Source: a bacterium
Lineage (GTDB): Bacteria; Patescibacteriota; Minisyncoccia; Phycocordibacterales; SBAW01
Assembly: GCA_021814825.1 (NCBI GenBank)
Contig: JAKAHS010000002.1
Location: forward strand, 1-33,971
Length of the DNA: 33,971 nt
Direction of reading: 5' to 3'
How positions within the stretch are numbered: the first letter of the stretch is position 1; each line of letters starts with the position of its first letter. The position numbers and the translations under genes are program-made. Of this stretch, positions 14,768 through 22,601 are shown in pieces. The notes beneath the pieces are model-generated. The model was not told the origin of the DNA, did not search any database, and worked only from the letters and a program-made list of their open reading frames with translations.

Positions 14768-14854
14768 GTAGTTCGTAGAACGTAGGGCGTAGTAAAAGGG
14801 CGCGGGCTTTGCCCGCGCCCTTTTTGTCCTGACCTTCTACGTTCTACGAACTAC
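14768..14854. terminator. two-tier inverted repeat between convergent sortase and tig
   Basis: Outer 18-bp arms GTAGTTCGTAGAACGTAG (14768-14785) and CTACGTTCTACGAACTAC (14837-14854). Inner 13-bp hairpin aaagggcgcgggc/ttt/gcccgcgcccttt (14795-14823). The arms are built of GTAGNNN heptads. Confidence 0.75.
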
Positions 14855-15884
14855 GCTCTACGTTCTCGAGTAATTCCAGCACCTTATTATTGCGCAGCAC
14901 AGTCTGGATATGGATGCGCAGTGCCTCCGTATTGGCATCGGGGAAATGCTCGAGCGCGTGCTTCATTTCTTCTCCAACATCAGCTTCATCAGCCTCGATC
15001 TTTTCCTGTGACGCGAGCTCGTTGAGAAGAAGCTGGAGTACGGCGCGCTTCTTCGCCTGTTCACGGAAACTTTCGCGCACTTCTTCCTCGGTTTTCTGCG
15101 AATGCTTCAGATAGTCTTCGAAGTCCATGCCGATGCGCGTGACATCGTCGCGCAACTGCCCCATGATCTTCTCAAGCTCTGACTCCACGAAAAGGCGCGG
15201 CAGATCGATCTTGGTCTTTTCGACGAGAGCGTCGATGATCGCGCCGCGGCGCTTGTCTTTGGCCTCGCACACCTTCTCTTCAGCGGCGCCTTTTTTGACC
15301 GCGTCTTTGAGCGCCTCGAGCGTGTCGAAGCTGCCGATCGACTTTGCAAATGCATCATCAAGCTCGGGGAGCGTCTCCATGCCGGTCGCCTCGTCGGTTG
15401 ACTTGCGGTGCTTGCGCAGCGATTCAAGCGTCTGAGAAACTTCTTCATCGGTCACCTCAGCAGGAGTCTCTGCAGGAACCTTTTGTGCGATCTTCTTCCA
15501 GTCATTCGGGATCACGACGGTCGGATACACGGCAGTGCGGATGGTGAGCGATACCGGAGCGCCGGCGGTGAGCTTGGTGATGCGGATGTCGGGGCGGCCG
15601 ACGACATCGAGCTTCTTCCCGAGTGCGAGTTCCGGATACAGATCGCGCACGATAAGTTCGACCGCTTCTTCAAGCACGGCCATCTCGCCGACCTTCTGAA
15701 GGGCGAGCGCAGGCGGCACTTTGCCTTCGCGAAAACCGTCGAGCTTGATGCTGCCGGCGATGAGCGCGAGCGCCTGATCGCGGTACTCGGCGACCGCTTC
15801 GGCGGGCACGTCGCCCGTGAGTTCGACCTCGGACTCCGGCAATGTTTTGACCTTAAAAGTTTCTATGATGGTTTCGAATTTCAT
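14844..15884 (-). CDS. tig: trigger factor lacking the PPIase domain
   Basis: The N-terminal ribosome-binding motif GFREGKVP is present. The linker EVTDEEVSQTLESLRKH runs directly into TLPELDDAFAKSIG, the start of the C-terminal arm domain. Length is 346 aa, against about 430 aa for canonical TF. Confidence 0.85.
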   Translation of the reverse strand: MKFETIIETFKVKTLPESEVELTGDVPAEAVAEYRDQALALIAGSIKLDGFREGKVPPALALQKVGEMAVLEEAVELIVRDLYPELALGKKLDVVGRPDIRITKLTAGAPVSLTIRTAVYPTVVIPNDWKKIAQKVPAETPAEVTDEEVSQTLESLRKHRKSTDEATGMETLPELDDAFAKSIGSFDTLEALKDAVKKGAAEEKVCEAKDKRRGAIIDALVEKTKIDLPRLFVESELEKIMGQLRDDVTRIGMDFEDYLKHSQKTEEEVRESFREQAKKRAVLQLLLNELASQEKIEADEADVGEEMKHALEHFPDANTEALRIHIQTVLRNNKVLELLENVERSS

Positions 15885-15907
15885 GTGTTATATCATTCGG
15901 GGAACAA

Positions 15908-16438
15908 TTACTTCGCGTACTTTTCGTTGTACATCGTGCATGCACGCTCGAACGCCGCTTCAGCTTCAGTGCGATCGCCGAAGCCGTTCGTCTCAACCGG
16001 TGATGGCTTACCTTTGAGCATCTTATAGGTCTCAAAGAAATTCACGATCTCCTTGAGCGTGTGCTGGTTCGCGTCGGCAATATCATTCACGTCGTCCCAG
16101 CGCTTGTCTTCGACCGGCACGGCAATAACTTTCTCATCCGCCTCACCGCCATCGACCATCTTCAAGATGCCGATCGGACGCGCTTCCACGAGGACGCCGA
16201 CGTCGAGCGGGTAGGTAGTGAGGACGACCACATCAAGTGCATCGCCGTCATCCCAGAGCGTCTGCGGGATGAAACCGTAATCGAACGGATAGGCGGCCGA
16301 GCCATAGTTCGCGCGGTCGAGCTTGATGAGACCGCTTTCCTTGTCGATCTCGTACTTGTTGTGCGAGTCGCGCGGGATCTCGATGATGACGTTCATCTTT
16401 TCTGCCTTGCCCGGGTCAATGTCATGCCACAAATTCAT
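15908..16438 (-). CDS. ppa: inorganic pyrophosphatase (family I)
   Basis: Sequence is MNVIIEIPRDSHNKYEIDKESGLIKLDR...YPFDYGFIPQTLWDDGDALDVVVL...DEKVIAV. Confidence 0.95.
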   Translation of the reverse strand: MNLWHDIDPGKAEKMNVIIEIPRDSHNKYEIDKESGLIKLDRANYGSAAYPFDYGFIPQTLWDDGDALDVVVLTTYPLDVGVLVEARPIGILKMVDGGEADEKVIAVPVEDKRWDDVNDIADANQHTLKEIVNFFETYKMLKGKPSPVETNGFGDRTEAEAAFERACTMYNEKYAK

Positions 16439-16470
16439 ATATGTTGTGATGTTAGCGACTAAATAAATGG

Positions 16471-17658
16471 CTATTCAGTTGCGGCTTGTTCTGCGACTAC
16501 TTCGCCGGTCTTGTCTGCCTCGGCGATGTTCTCGCCGTGGGCGCCGACGATGTCGATCGACCAGCCGGTGAGCTTCGCGGCGAGGCGCACATTCTGTCCG
16601 CCGCGGCCGATCGCGAGCGATTGCTGATCATCGGCAACCGTGACGACCGCGCGGTGTTCTGCTTCGTCGATGTCGACGGAGAGCGCGCGCGCTGGAGAGA
16701 GCGCTTCTTCTATATACGCTTTCGGGTCCTCCGACCATTCGATGATGTCGATCTTCTCGCCGCCCAATTCCGAAGTGACGGTCGAAACGCGGACGCCGCG
16801 CTGACCGACCATCGAGCCTACCGGATCAACATGCGGATCGGTCGAGGCGACGGCGATCTTCGAGCGGCTGCCTGCTTCGCGCGCAACCGACTTGACCACG
16901 ACAACGCCGTTCTGTACCTCAGGCGCTTCGACCGCGAAGAGCTTCGCGAGGAATTGCGGATGTGCGCGCGAGAGGCGAAGGTAGACGCCGCGCGGGCTGT
17001 CCTCCACTTGATAGAGGTAGGCGCGCAGGCGCTCGCCCTGGCGGAAACGCTCGCCGCGGATCTGTTCCTCGAACGGAAGGATGCCGGTAGCGCGGCCGAG
17101 GTCGACGAAAATGTTGCCGCGCTCCATGCGCTGCACGGTGCCCGAGACGATCTCGCCCTCGCGCTTGCCGTATTCTGCGACGACGGATACCTTCTCTGCT
17201 TCGCGGATCTTCTGGATGATCACCTGCTTCGCGGTCTGTGCGGCGATGCGGCCGTAGTCGGTCTGATTCTCAAGCGGGAAGACAAGCTCATCGCCGAGCT
17301 GTGCGTCGCGCTTGATGAACTTGGCATCAGCAAGAAGGATGTGCTTCTCCGGATCGAAGCGGGGGAGTGCCGGCTCTTCTTCTCCGGTCTCGACATCCGA
17401 GACGGGCGCCGCCTCCTCCTCTTCTTCATCTTCGAAACGCACGGTGCTTTCATCGACCACGGTCTTCACCTGCGCGAATTCGGTGGCGCCGGTCGCGAGG
17501 TCGAGCTTGGCGCGGATGTCCTGCCCGTGCTTGCCGTATTCTTTCTTATACGCGGTCGCGAGCGCAGACTCGATCGCGCCGATGACCTTGTCGCGCGGAA
17601 TGCCGCGCTCTTCTTCGAGCTCGCCGAGAACGGAGTTTATGACTTTGAGATCAAACAT
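16471..17658 (-). CDS. nusA: transcription termination/antitermination factor NusA
   Basis: N-terminal domain (LEEERGIPRDKVIGAIESALATAYKK), S1 domain (GEIVSGTVQRMERGNIFVDLG) and two KH domains (VGQRGVRVSTVTSELGGEKIDII; AIGRGGQNVRLAAKLTGWSIDI). Confidence 0.95.
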   Translation of the reverse strand: MFDLKVINSVLGELEEERGIPRDKVIGAIESALATAYKKEYGKHGQDIRAKLDLATGATEFAQVKTVVDESTVRFEDEEEEEAAPVSDVETGEEEPALPRFDPEKHILLADAKFIKRDAQLGDELVFPLENQTDYGRIAAQTAKQVIIQKIREAEKVSVVAEYGKREGEIVSGTVQRMERGNIFVDLGRATGILPFEEQIRGERFRQGERLRAYLYQVEDSPRGVYLRLSRAHPQFLAKLFAVEAPEVQNGVVVVKSVAREAGSRSKIAVASTDPHVDPVGSMVGQRGVRVSTVTSELGGEKIDIIEWSEDPKAYIEEALSPARALSVDIDEAEHRAVVTVADDQQSLAIGRGGQNVRLAAKLTGWSIDIVGAHGENIAEADKTGEVVAEQAATE

Positions 17659-17664
17659 AGGGTT

Positions 17665-17853
17665 AGTTCGTAAAGTTTATAAAAGCGGCACGTGCCCTTA
17701 TATTACCGTCGCTCGCTCGGAATGGAAAAGGTCGCTGCTGCGTCCATTTCCTCTTCTTTCGCTTCGCTAGGTAATAAAGTCTATAAAGTTCGTAAAGTCA
17801 TAACTCACAAACAAGACATCGGTCTTCTTTATGAACTTTTAATTTTATGAACT
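17665..17853. repeat. four copies of AGTTCRTAAAR in an AT-rich spacer upstream of nusA
   Basis: Plus-strand copies at 17665-17675 and 17787-17797 (AGTTCGTAAAG). Minus-strand copies at 17827-17837 (AGTTCATAAAG) and 17843-17853 (AGTTCATAAAA). Three are adjacent to TATAAA. Confidence 0.8.
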
Positions 17854-17987
17854 TTATAACTAACGAACCGCCCTCTCGGGGCGGTTACGGATACCACTAT
17901 CATACCGGCTTGCCGGTAGAAGTCAAGAAAAGAAGAGGCCAGACGCGACGCGCCTGGCCATCCTCGCTTTGCGCTTCTCGTGCGCTC

Positions 17988-18242
17988 CTAGTTCGGGAGC
18001 GGAGAGAATACCTGATCCCATCCCAAGCTGTGAAGAGTGCCGTTTTCAAAGGAGTCTTTCAGCTGGCGGTCGCCCTCGGCGTCTTTTGACGTGATGATGG
18101 CGACCATGTGTGCATCGAAATCGCACGTTTCGATCTTGAGCGTGCAATGCGCGCTGAGGGTGAGTTCTTCGAGGTTACGCTTGAATCGTGCGGCTCCCTC
18201 CTTGCCAAGGGTCGCCGTATACGTGATGCGAACATCATTCAT
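17988..18242 (-). CDS. small hypothetical protein (84 aa)
   Basis: AAGGAGG lies 4 nt before the ATG. Sequence is MNDVRITYTATLGKEGAARFKRNLEELTLSAHCTLKIETCDFDAHMVAIITSKDAEGDRQ. A hairpin lies downstream at 17862-17886. No family recognised. Confidence 0.65.
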   Translation of the reverse strand: MNDVRITYTATLGKEGAARFKRNLEELTLSAHCTLKIETCDFDAHMVAIITSKDAEGDRQLKDSFENGTLHSLGWDQVFSPLPN

Positions 18243-18349
18243 GTCGCCTCCTTCGCGAGTTCGTACAACTGCTCTATAGCATACTGGTGCTTGGTTGTGC
18301 GCACAATGTCGGCGTGTTCACAGCAAGCTCGCAGGATATTTCATATATA

Positions 18350-20101
18350 ATGGAAGCAATGCACATTGAAGAAGGGCAACTGAAGAATTTTTTGCTTGAC
18401 TCAGGGCTCGTGTCGCGCGCGCAGATCGAGGACGCGAGCAAGGGTGCCAAGAGCGGCGAGTCGGTCGGCGATGCGCTGGTGTCGCTCGGCGCCATTTCGG
18501 ATGACGACCTGCGGCGCGTGGAGGCGGCAGTGCTCGGCATCCCGTTCGTGAATCTTGAACGCGAGCGCATCGATCCGGACATTCTCAGCCTCATTCCGGA
18601 GCCGGTCGCGCGCACGCACAACATCGTTGCCTTCAAAAGGGACGGCGATTCGCTGCAGGTCGCGATGCTCGACACCGATGATCTTGCGGCGATCGATTTC
18701 ATCCGTAAGAAGACGCATCTCAAGATCATGCCGCGGCTCACTGGCCGCGATTCGATGCGTTCGGTCTTGGTGCAGTATCAAAAGTCGCTTAAGGCGGAGT
18801 TCGGCGATATCATCGCGCGCGAGGCCCAATCTCTTGAGGCGGTAGGTACCGGCGGCGCAATGTCCGAAGAAGATCTCAAGCAAGCGGCCGAGCACTTACC
18901 GATCGTGCGCATCGTTGACGCCCTGCTGCGCCACGCGATCATTCAAGGCGCGTCGGATATCCACATCGAACCGCAAGAAAAAGAATTGCTCGTGCGCTAC
19001 CGCATCGACGGCATCTTGCGCGACGCGATGACGCTTCCCAAGGGCGCGGCCGACGGCATCACTGCGCGCATCAAAGTGCTTTCGAACCTTCGTCTCGATG
19101 AAAAGCGTTTGCCGCAAGATGGGCGCTTCAAGGTGGAGAATGAAGGCGACCGCGTGTCGTTGCGCGTCTCCGTACTGCCGACGGCGTTCGGTGAAAAGAT
19201 CGTTATGCGCTTGCTTCCTGAGGGCCGTCGCGGCCTCACGCTTGAATGGCTCGGCTTCCATGGGCAAGGACTTGAACAGATTCATGAAGCAATGAAGCAG
19301 ACGATCGGCATGATACTCTCGACCGGACCGACCGGCTCCGGTAAAACGACGACGCTCTACACCATGCTTGATATCCTCAATCGTCCGAGCGTGAACATTT
19401 CCACGATCGAAGACCCGATCGAATATCAAATGCCGCGCGTCAATCAAACGCAGGTGCGTCCTGACATCGGTTTTTCATTCGCCAACGGTCTGCGCACTCT
19501 CATGCGCCAAGATCCTGACATCATCATGGTTGGTGAGATCCGCGACAAAGAGACCGCGAGTCTTGCGGTCAACGCGGCGCTTACCGGTCATCTCGTGCTC
19601 TCGACATTGCATACCAACACCGCCGCCGGCGCGATCGCACGCTTGCTTGATATGGACGCCGAAGCGTTCCTGCTCGTGTCGACGCTGCGCGTCGTCATCG
19701 GCCAGCGCCTGGTGCGCCAACTGTGCGAGCGGCGTGAAGAGTATAAGCCGACGCAGCGAGAACTTGAATCGCTGTCCAAGATCGCTGACCTCAACCGCGT
19801 GCTCGCGGCGCTGAAGGCGGAGAACATCGTTGATAAAAAAGCGACGTGGAAAGACATCCCGTTCTATCGACCGACCGCGTCGGCTGAATGCGAAGATGGC
19901 TATCATGGTCGTGTCGGTCTCTACGAGATCATGCATGTGTCGAGTGCGATCAAAGAACTGATCGACAAGCGCGCGTCTTCGGATGCGATCCAAGCGCAAG
20001 CGTGCAAGGAAGGCATGCTCACCATGGCGGAGGACGGCATCTTCAAAGCAGCGCAAGGACTCACGTCGCTTGAGGAGGTACTGCGCGTGATATCAGAGTG
20101 A
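18350..20101 (+). CDS. pilB: type IV pilus / type II secretion assembly ATPase (PilB/GspE family)
   Basis: N-terminal GSPII_E_N-like domain (LVSLGAISDDDLRRVEAAVLGIPFVNL). Walker A GPTGSGKTTT. Also IEDPIEY and MRQDPDIIMVGEIRD. A C-terminal CxxC-type region is absent or weak. Confidence 0.93.
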   Translation: MEAMHIEEGQLKNFLLDSGLVSRAQIEDASKGAKSGESVGDALVSLGAISDDDLRRVEAAVLGIPFVNLERERIDPDILSLIPEPVARTHNIVAFKRDGDSLQVAMLDTDDLAAIDFIRKKTHLKIMPRLTGRDSMRSVLVQYQKSLKAEFGDIIAREAQSLEAVGTGGAMSEEDLKQAAEHLPIVRIVDALLRHAIIQGASDIHIEPQEKELLVRYRIDGILRDAMTLPKGAADGITARIKVLSNLRLDEKRLPQDGRFKVENEGDRVSLRVSVLPTAFGEKIVMRLLPEGRRGLTLEWLGFHGQGLEQIHEAMKQTIGMILSTGPTGSGKTTTLYTMLDILNRPSVNISTIEDPIEYQMPRVNQTQVRPDIGFSFANGLRTLMRQDPDIIMVGEIRDKETASLAVNAALTGHLVLSTLHTNTAAGAIARLLDMDAEAFLLVSTLRVVIGQRLVRQLCERREEYKPTQRELESLSKIADLNRVLAALKAENIVDKKATWKDIPFYRPTASAECEDGYHGRVGLYEIMHVSSAIKELIDKRASSDAIQAQACKEGMLTMAEDGIFKAAQGLTSLEEVLRVISE

Positions 20102-20206
20102 TCCGATCTTCGCCGACGACGAGCATCGCGATCCGATCTTAGATCCTAAGATATTCGTCCTGAGTTCTTTCGCCATAGCCACGTCGGCAGATGTTATACT
20201 TTTCAT

Positions 20207-21442
20207 ATGACCCTTTTTCATTTCACTGCGCTGCGGCAGGGAGGAGAGACGTTCTCCGGCGAGCGCGAAGCGAAGGACAAGCACGCGCTTGTCGAAGCGC
20301 TGCGCGCTGAGGGCGCGACCGCACTCGATGTCGAGGAAGGACGAGGCGGCGACGGATCGATGCAGCACTCGCTGATGACGATGAATATCAAGATTCCCTT
20401 CTTCTCTGGCGTGCCGGCGATAGAAAAGATCCTCTTCGCGCGGAATCTTTCCGCCATGATCTCCGCCGGGCTTTCGCTTTCTCGCGCGCTCGCGGTGCTT
20501 GAGAAGCAGACGCGCAATGCTGCAATGAAAGAAACCATCGCTGGCATCGAGCGCAGCGTCCGACAGGGGCGTCTCCTACATGACGCGTTCGCAGACTATC
20601 CGAACGTGTTTTCGACCATGTTCGTCGCGATGACGCGCGCCGGCGAAGAATCCGGCTCGCTGCCTGACTCCCTCAAGATCGTCGCGGTGCAGATGGAGCG
20701 TTCGAACATGCTGGTGAAAAAAGTTCGCGGTGCGATGATCTACCCCACGATCGTTCTTTTAGTTATGATCGCGATCGGAACCCTCATGCTCATCTTCGTG
20801 GTGCCGACCCTATCGGACACCTTCGCTGCGCTTGGCACCGATCTGCCGTTGCCGACGCAGATCATCCTCGGTCTCAGCAATTTCCTCATCGCCAACACGG
20901 TGTTGGTTGCGAGCGCTGCGATCCTTTTTGCCCTGGTCTTCATCGGCGCGCTGCGCACGCAGCTTGGCGCGCGCTTGTTCGACCGCATCATGCTCTCGGC
21001 GCCGATCATCGGTCCGATCATTGCGAAGATCAATGCTGCGCGTACCGCACGCACGCTCTCATCGCTTCTTGCTGCCGGGGTCTCAGCGCTCTCCGCTCTT
21101 GAGATCACGCATGACGTCGTGCAGAACATGCAGTTTCGCCCGATCATTACGCATGCGCATGAATTGGTAGAGAAGGGCAAGCCGCTCTCCGCCGCGTTCG
21201 TCGAAGCTGAGGGCGTGTACCCGATCATGTTCGCCGAAATGGCAGCGGTCGGCGAAGAGACGGGCGACATGTCCGGCATGCTCGGGCGCGTTGCGGATTT
21301 CTATGAAGAAGAGGTCGAACAGGAGACCAAAGACCTCTCTACGGTCATTGAGCCCCTGCTCATGGTGGTGATCGGCGCGGCGGTCGGCTTTTTCGCTATC
21401 GCCATGATCATGCCGATCTACTCGCTATCGAATTCTATTTAG
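20207..21442 (+). CDS. pilC: type IV pilus platform protein (PilC/GspF family)
   Basis: 411 aa with two T2SSF repeats (ARNLSAMISAGLSLSRALAVL; ARTLSSLLAAGVSALSALEI) and three TM segments. Confidence 0.92.
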   Translation: MTLFHFTALRQGGETFSGEREAKDKHALVEALRAEGATALDVEEGRGGDGSMQHSLMTMNIKIPFFSGVPAIEKILFARNLSAMISAGLSLSRALAVLEKQTRNAAMKETIAGIERSVRQGRLLHDAFADYPNVFSTMFVAMTRAGEESGSLPDSLKIVAVQMERSNMLVKKVRGAMIYPTIVLLVMIAIGTLMLIFVVPTLSDTFAALGTDLPLPTQIILGLSNFLIANTVLVASAAILFALVFIGALRTQLGARLFDRIMLSAPIIGPIIAKINAARTARTLSSLLAAGVSALSALEITHDVVQNMQFRPIITHAHELVEKGKPLSAAFVEAEGVYPIMFAEMAAVGEETGDMSGMLGRVADFYEEEVEQETKDLSTVIEPLLMVVIGAAVGFFAIAMIMPIYSLSNSI

Positions 21443-21443
21443 T

Positions 21444-21947
21444 ATGCAGAAAGCAGTTTGCAGTAGGCGAAAGGAGAAAGGCAGCACGCAGTCATCAGCA
21501 GGAAGTCCCACTGCGGGGTTCACTCTTATTGAAGTGGTCGTTTCCGCGATGCTCATTTTGGTCGCCTTCGTCGGTCTCTATCAATTGTTTCAGATAAGCG
21601 CACGCTATGTGGTGACGGCGAAGGCGCGCGAAGCGGCGCTCTCGCTCGCACAAGAGCGCATGGAACAACTGCGCGCGCTGTCCTATGCGGCGGTCGGCAC
21701 GGTAGGCGGTACGCCGACCGGTTCTATTCCACAGAGCGAGGAGGTGACGCTCGACTCTACGGATTTCTTGCGTACGACTACCGTCGTGTACGTTGATGAT
21801 CCGGCGGATGGGACGGGTGGCAGCGATGCCGATGCGGGCGGGCCTAACGATTACAAAAAAGCGCAGGTGAGCGTGTCGTTTCCTACGGAAAATGGCACGA
21901 CCACGGTGACGCTCGTCTCGAACTTCATTTCGGGGACAGCGATGTAA
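21444..21947 (+). CDS. prepilin-type N-terminal cleavage/methylation domain protein (minor pilin/pseudopilin)
   Basis: SPTAG|FTLIEVVVSAMLILVAF: Gly-1, Phe+1, Glu+5 and a hydrophobic helix. 25-aa basic leader. Confidence 0.85.
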   Translation: MQKAVCSRRKEKGSTQSSAGSPTAGFTLIEVVVSAMLILVAFVGLYQLFQISARYVVTAKAREAALSLAQERMEQLRALSYAAVGTVGGTPTGSIPQSEEVTLDSTDFLRTTTVVYVDDPADGTGGSDADAGGPNDYKKAQVSVSFPTENGTTTVTLVSNFISGTAM

Positions 21948-21979
21948 GAGTTTGTCTTAGGCGATCAGCGACAAAAAGT

Positions 21980-22600
21980 ATGCAGCATTCGATCCATATG
22001 AAAAAAATATCGGCGCGCTTCACTGCGGGCTACACCCTTATTGAGATGGTTGTGGTGATCGGCATATTTTCCCTGATCCTGTTTGCCAGTGTTGCGGCGG
22101 CGTTGATCTTTTTCCGAACGAACTCCGGGACCCTCACCCAGGCGTATGCAGTAGAGAATGCGCGCGCCGGTCTGCAGCACATCGTGGCCGATCTGCGCGG
22201 AGCACAGTATGGCGCCGACGGTTCTTATCCGCTCGCGAACATAAGTGGAACTGATGTCGCATTCTATAGCGATATCAACGGCGATGGTGTTCCTGAGCGC
22301 GTACACTATTATCTCTCCGGCGCAACGCTCTTCCGCGGCGTTGAAACAGCCGCGGGTTCTCCACCTGCGTATGGAGCGGAAGCGACCAGCACGATCGCGT
22401 CTTCGACACAAAATATCGCCGAGGATGTTCCGCTGTTCCATTTCTACAATGCGAGCGGCGCTGAGGTAACGACCATATCGCAGGCGAACCCGGTCGCCTA
22501 CATGACCGTGTATCTTATCGTGAATGGGCAGGGCAATGGTGCGGCTGGCGACTACGTTCTGCGTTCGACCGCGACGCTGCGCAACGCATCACAATTCTGA
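21980..22600 (+). CDS. prepilin-type pseudopilin (PilW/GspJ-like size)
   Basis: RFTAG|YTLIEMVVVIGIFSLILF. The start is either ATG 21980 or ATG 21998 (MKKISARFTAG). Confidence 0.85.
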   Translation: MQHSIHMKKISARFTAGYTLIEMVVVIGIFSLILFASVAAALIFFRTNSGTLTQAYAVENARAGLQHIVADLRGAQYGADGSYPLANISGTDVAFYSDINGDGVPERVHYYLSGATLFRGVETAAGSPPAYGAEATSTIASSTQNIAEDVPLFHFYNASGAEVTTISQANPVAYMTVYLIVNGQGNGAAGDYVLRSTATLRNASQF

Positions 22601-22601
22601 T

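Noticed and set aside
16486-17673. 395-aa plus-strand ORF exactly mirroring nusA. The same applies to 12179..12958 opposite clpP, 15408..16028 opposite tig/ppa, 11462..12010 opposite rny, and 18896..19447 and 19475..20056 opposite pilB.
   Set aside because: These are typical long antisense frames of GC-rich genes. They show no domain signatures, and the opposite strand carries well-recognised proteins.
17659-18290. Replication origin at the strand-polarity switch.
   Set aside because: No DnaA-box matches and no dnaA/dnaN nearby. The AT-rich repeats are better explained as promoter or operator elements of nusA. It is kept only as a low-probability remark in the corresponding finding.
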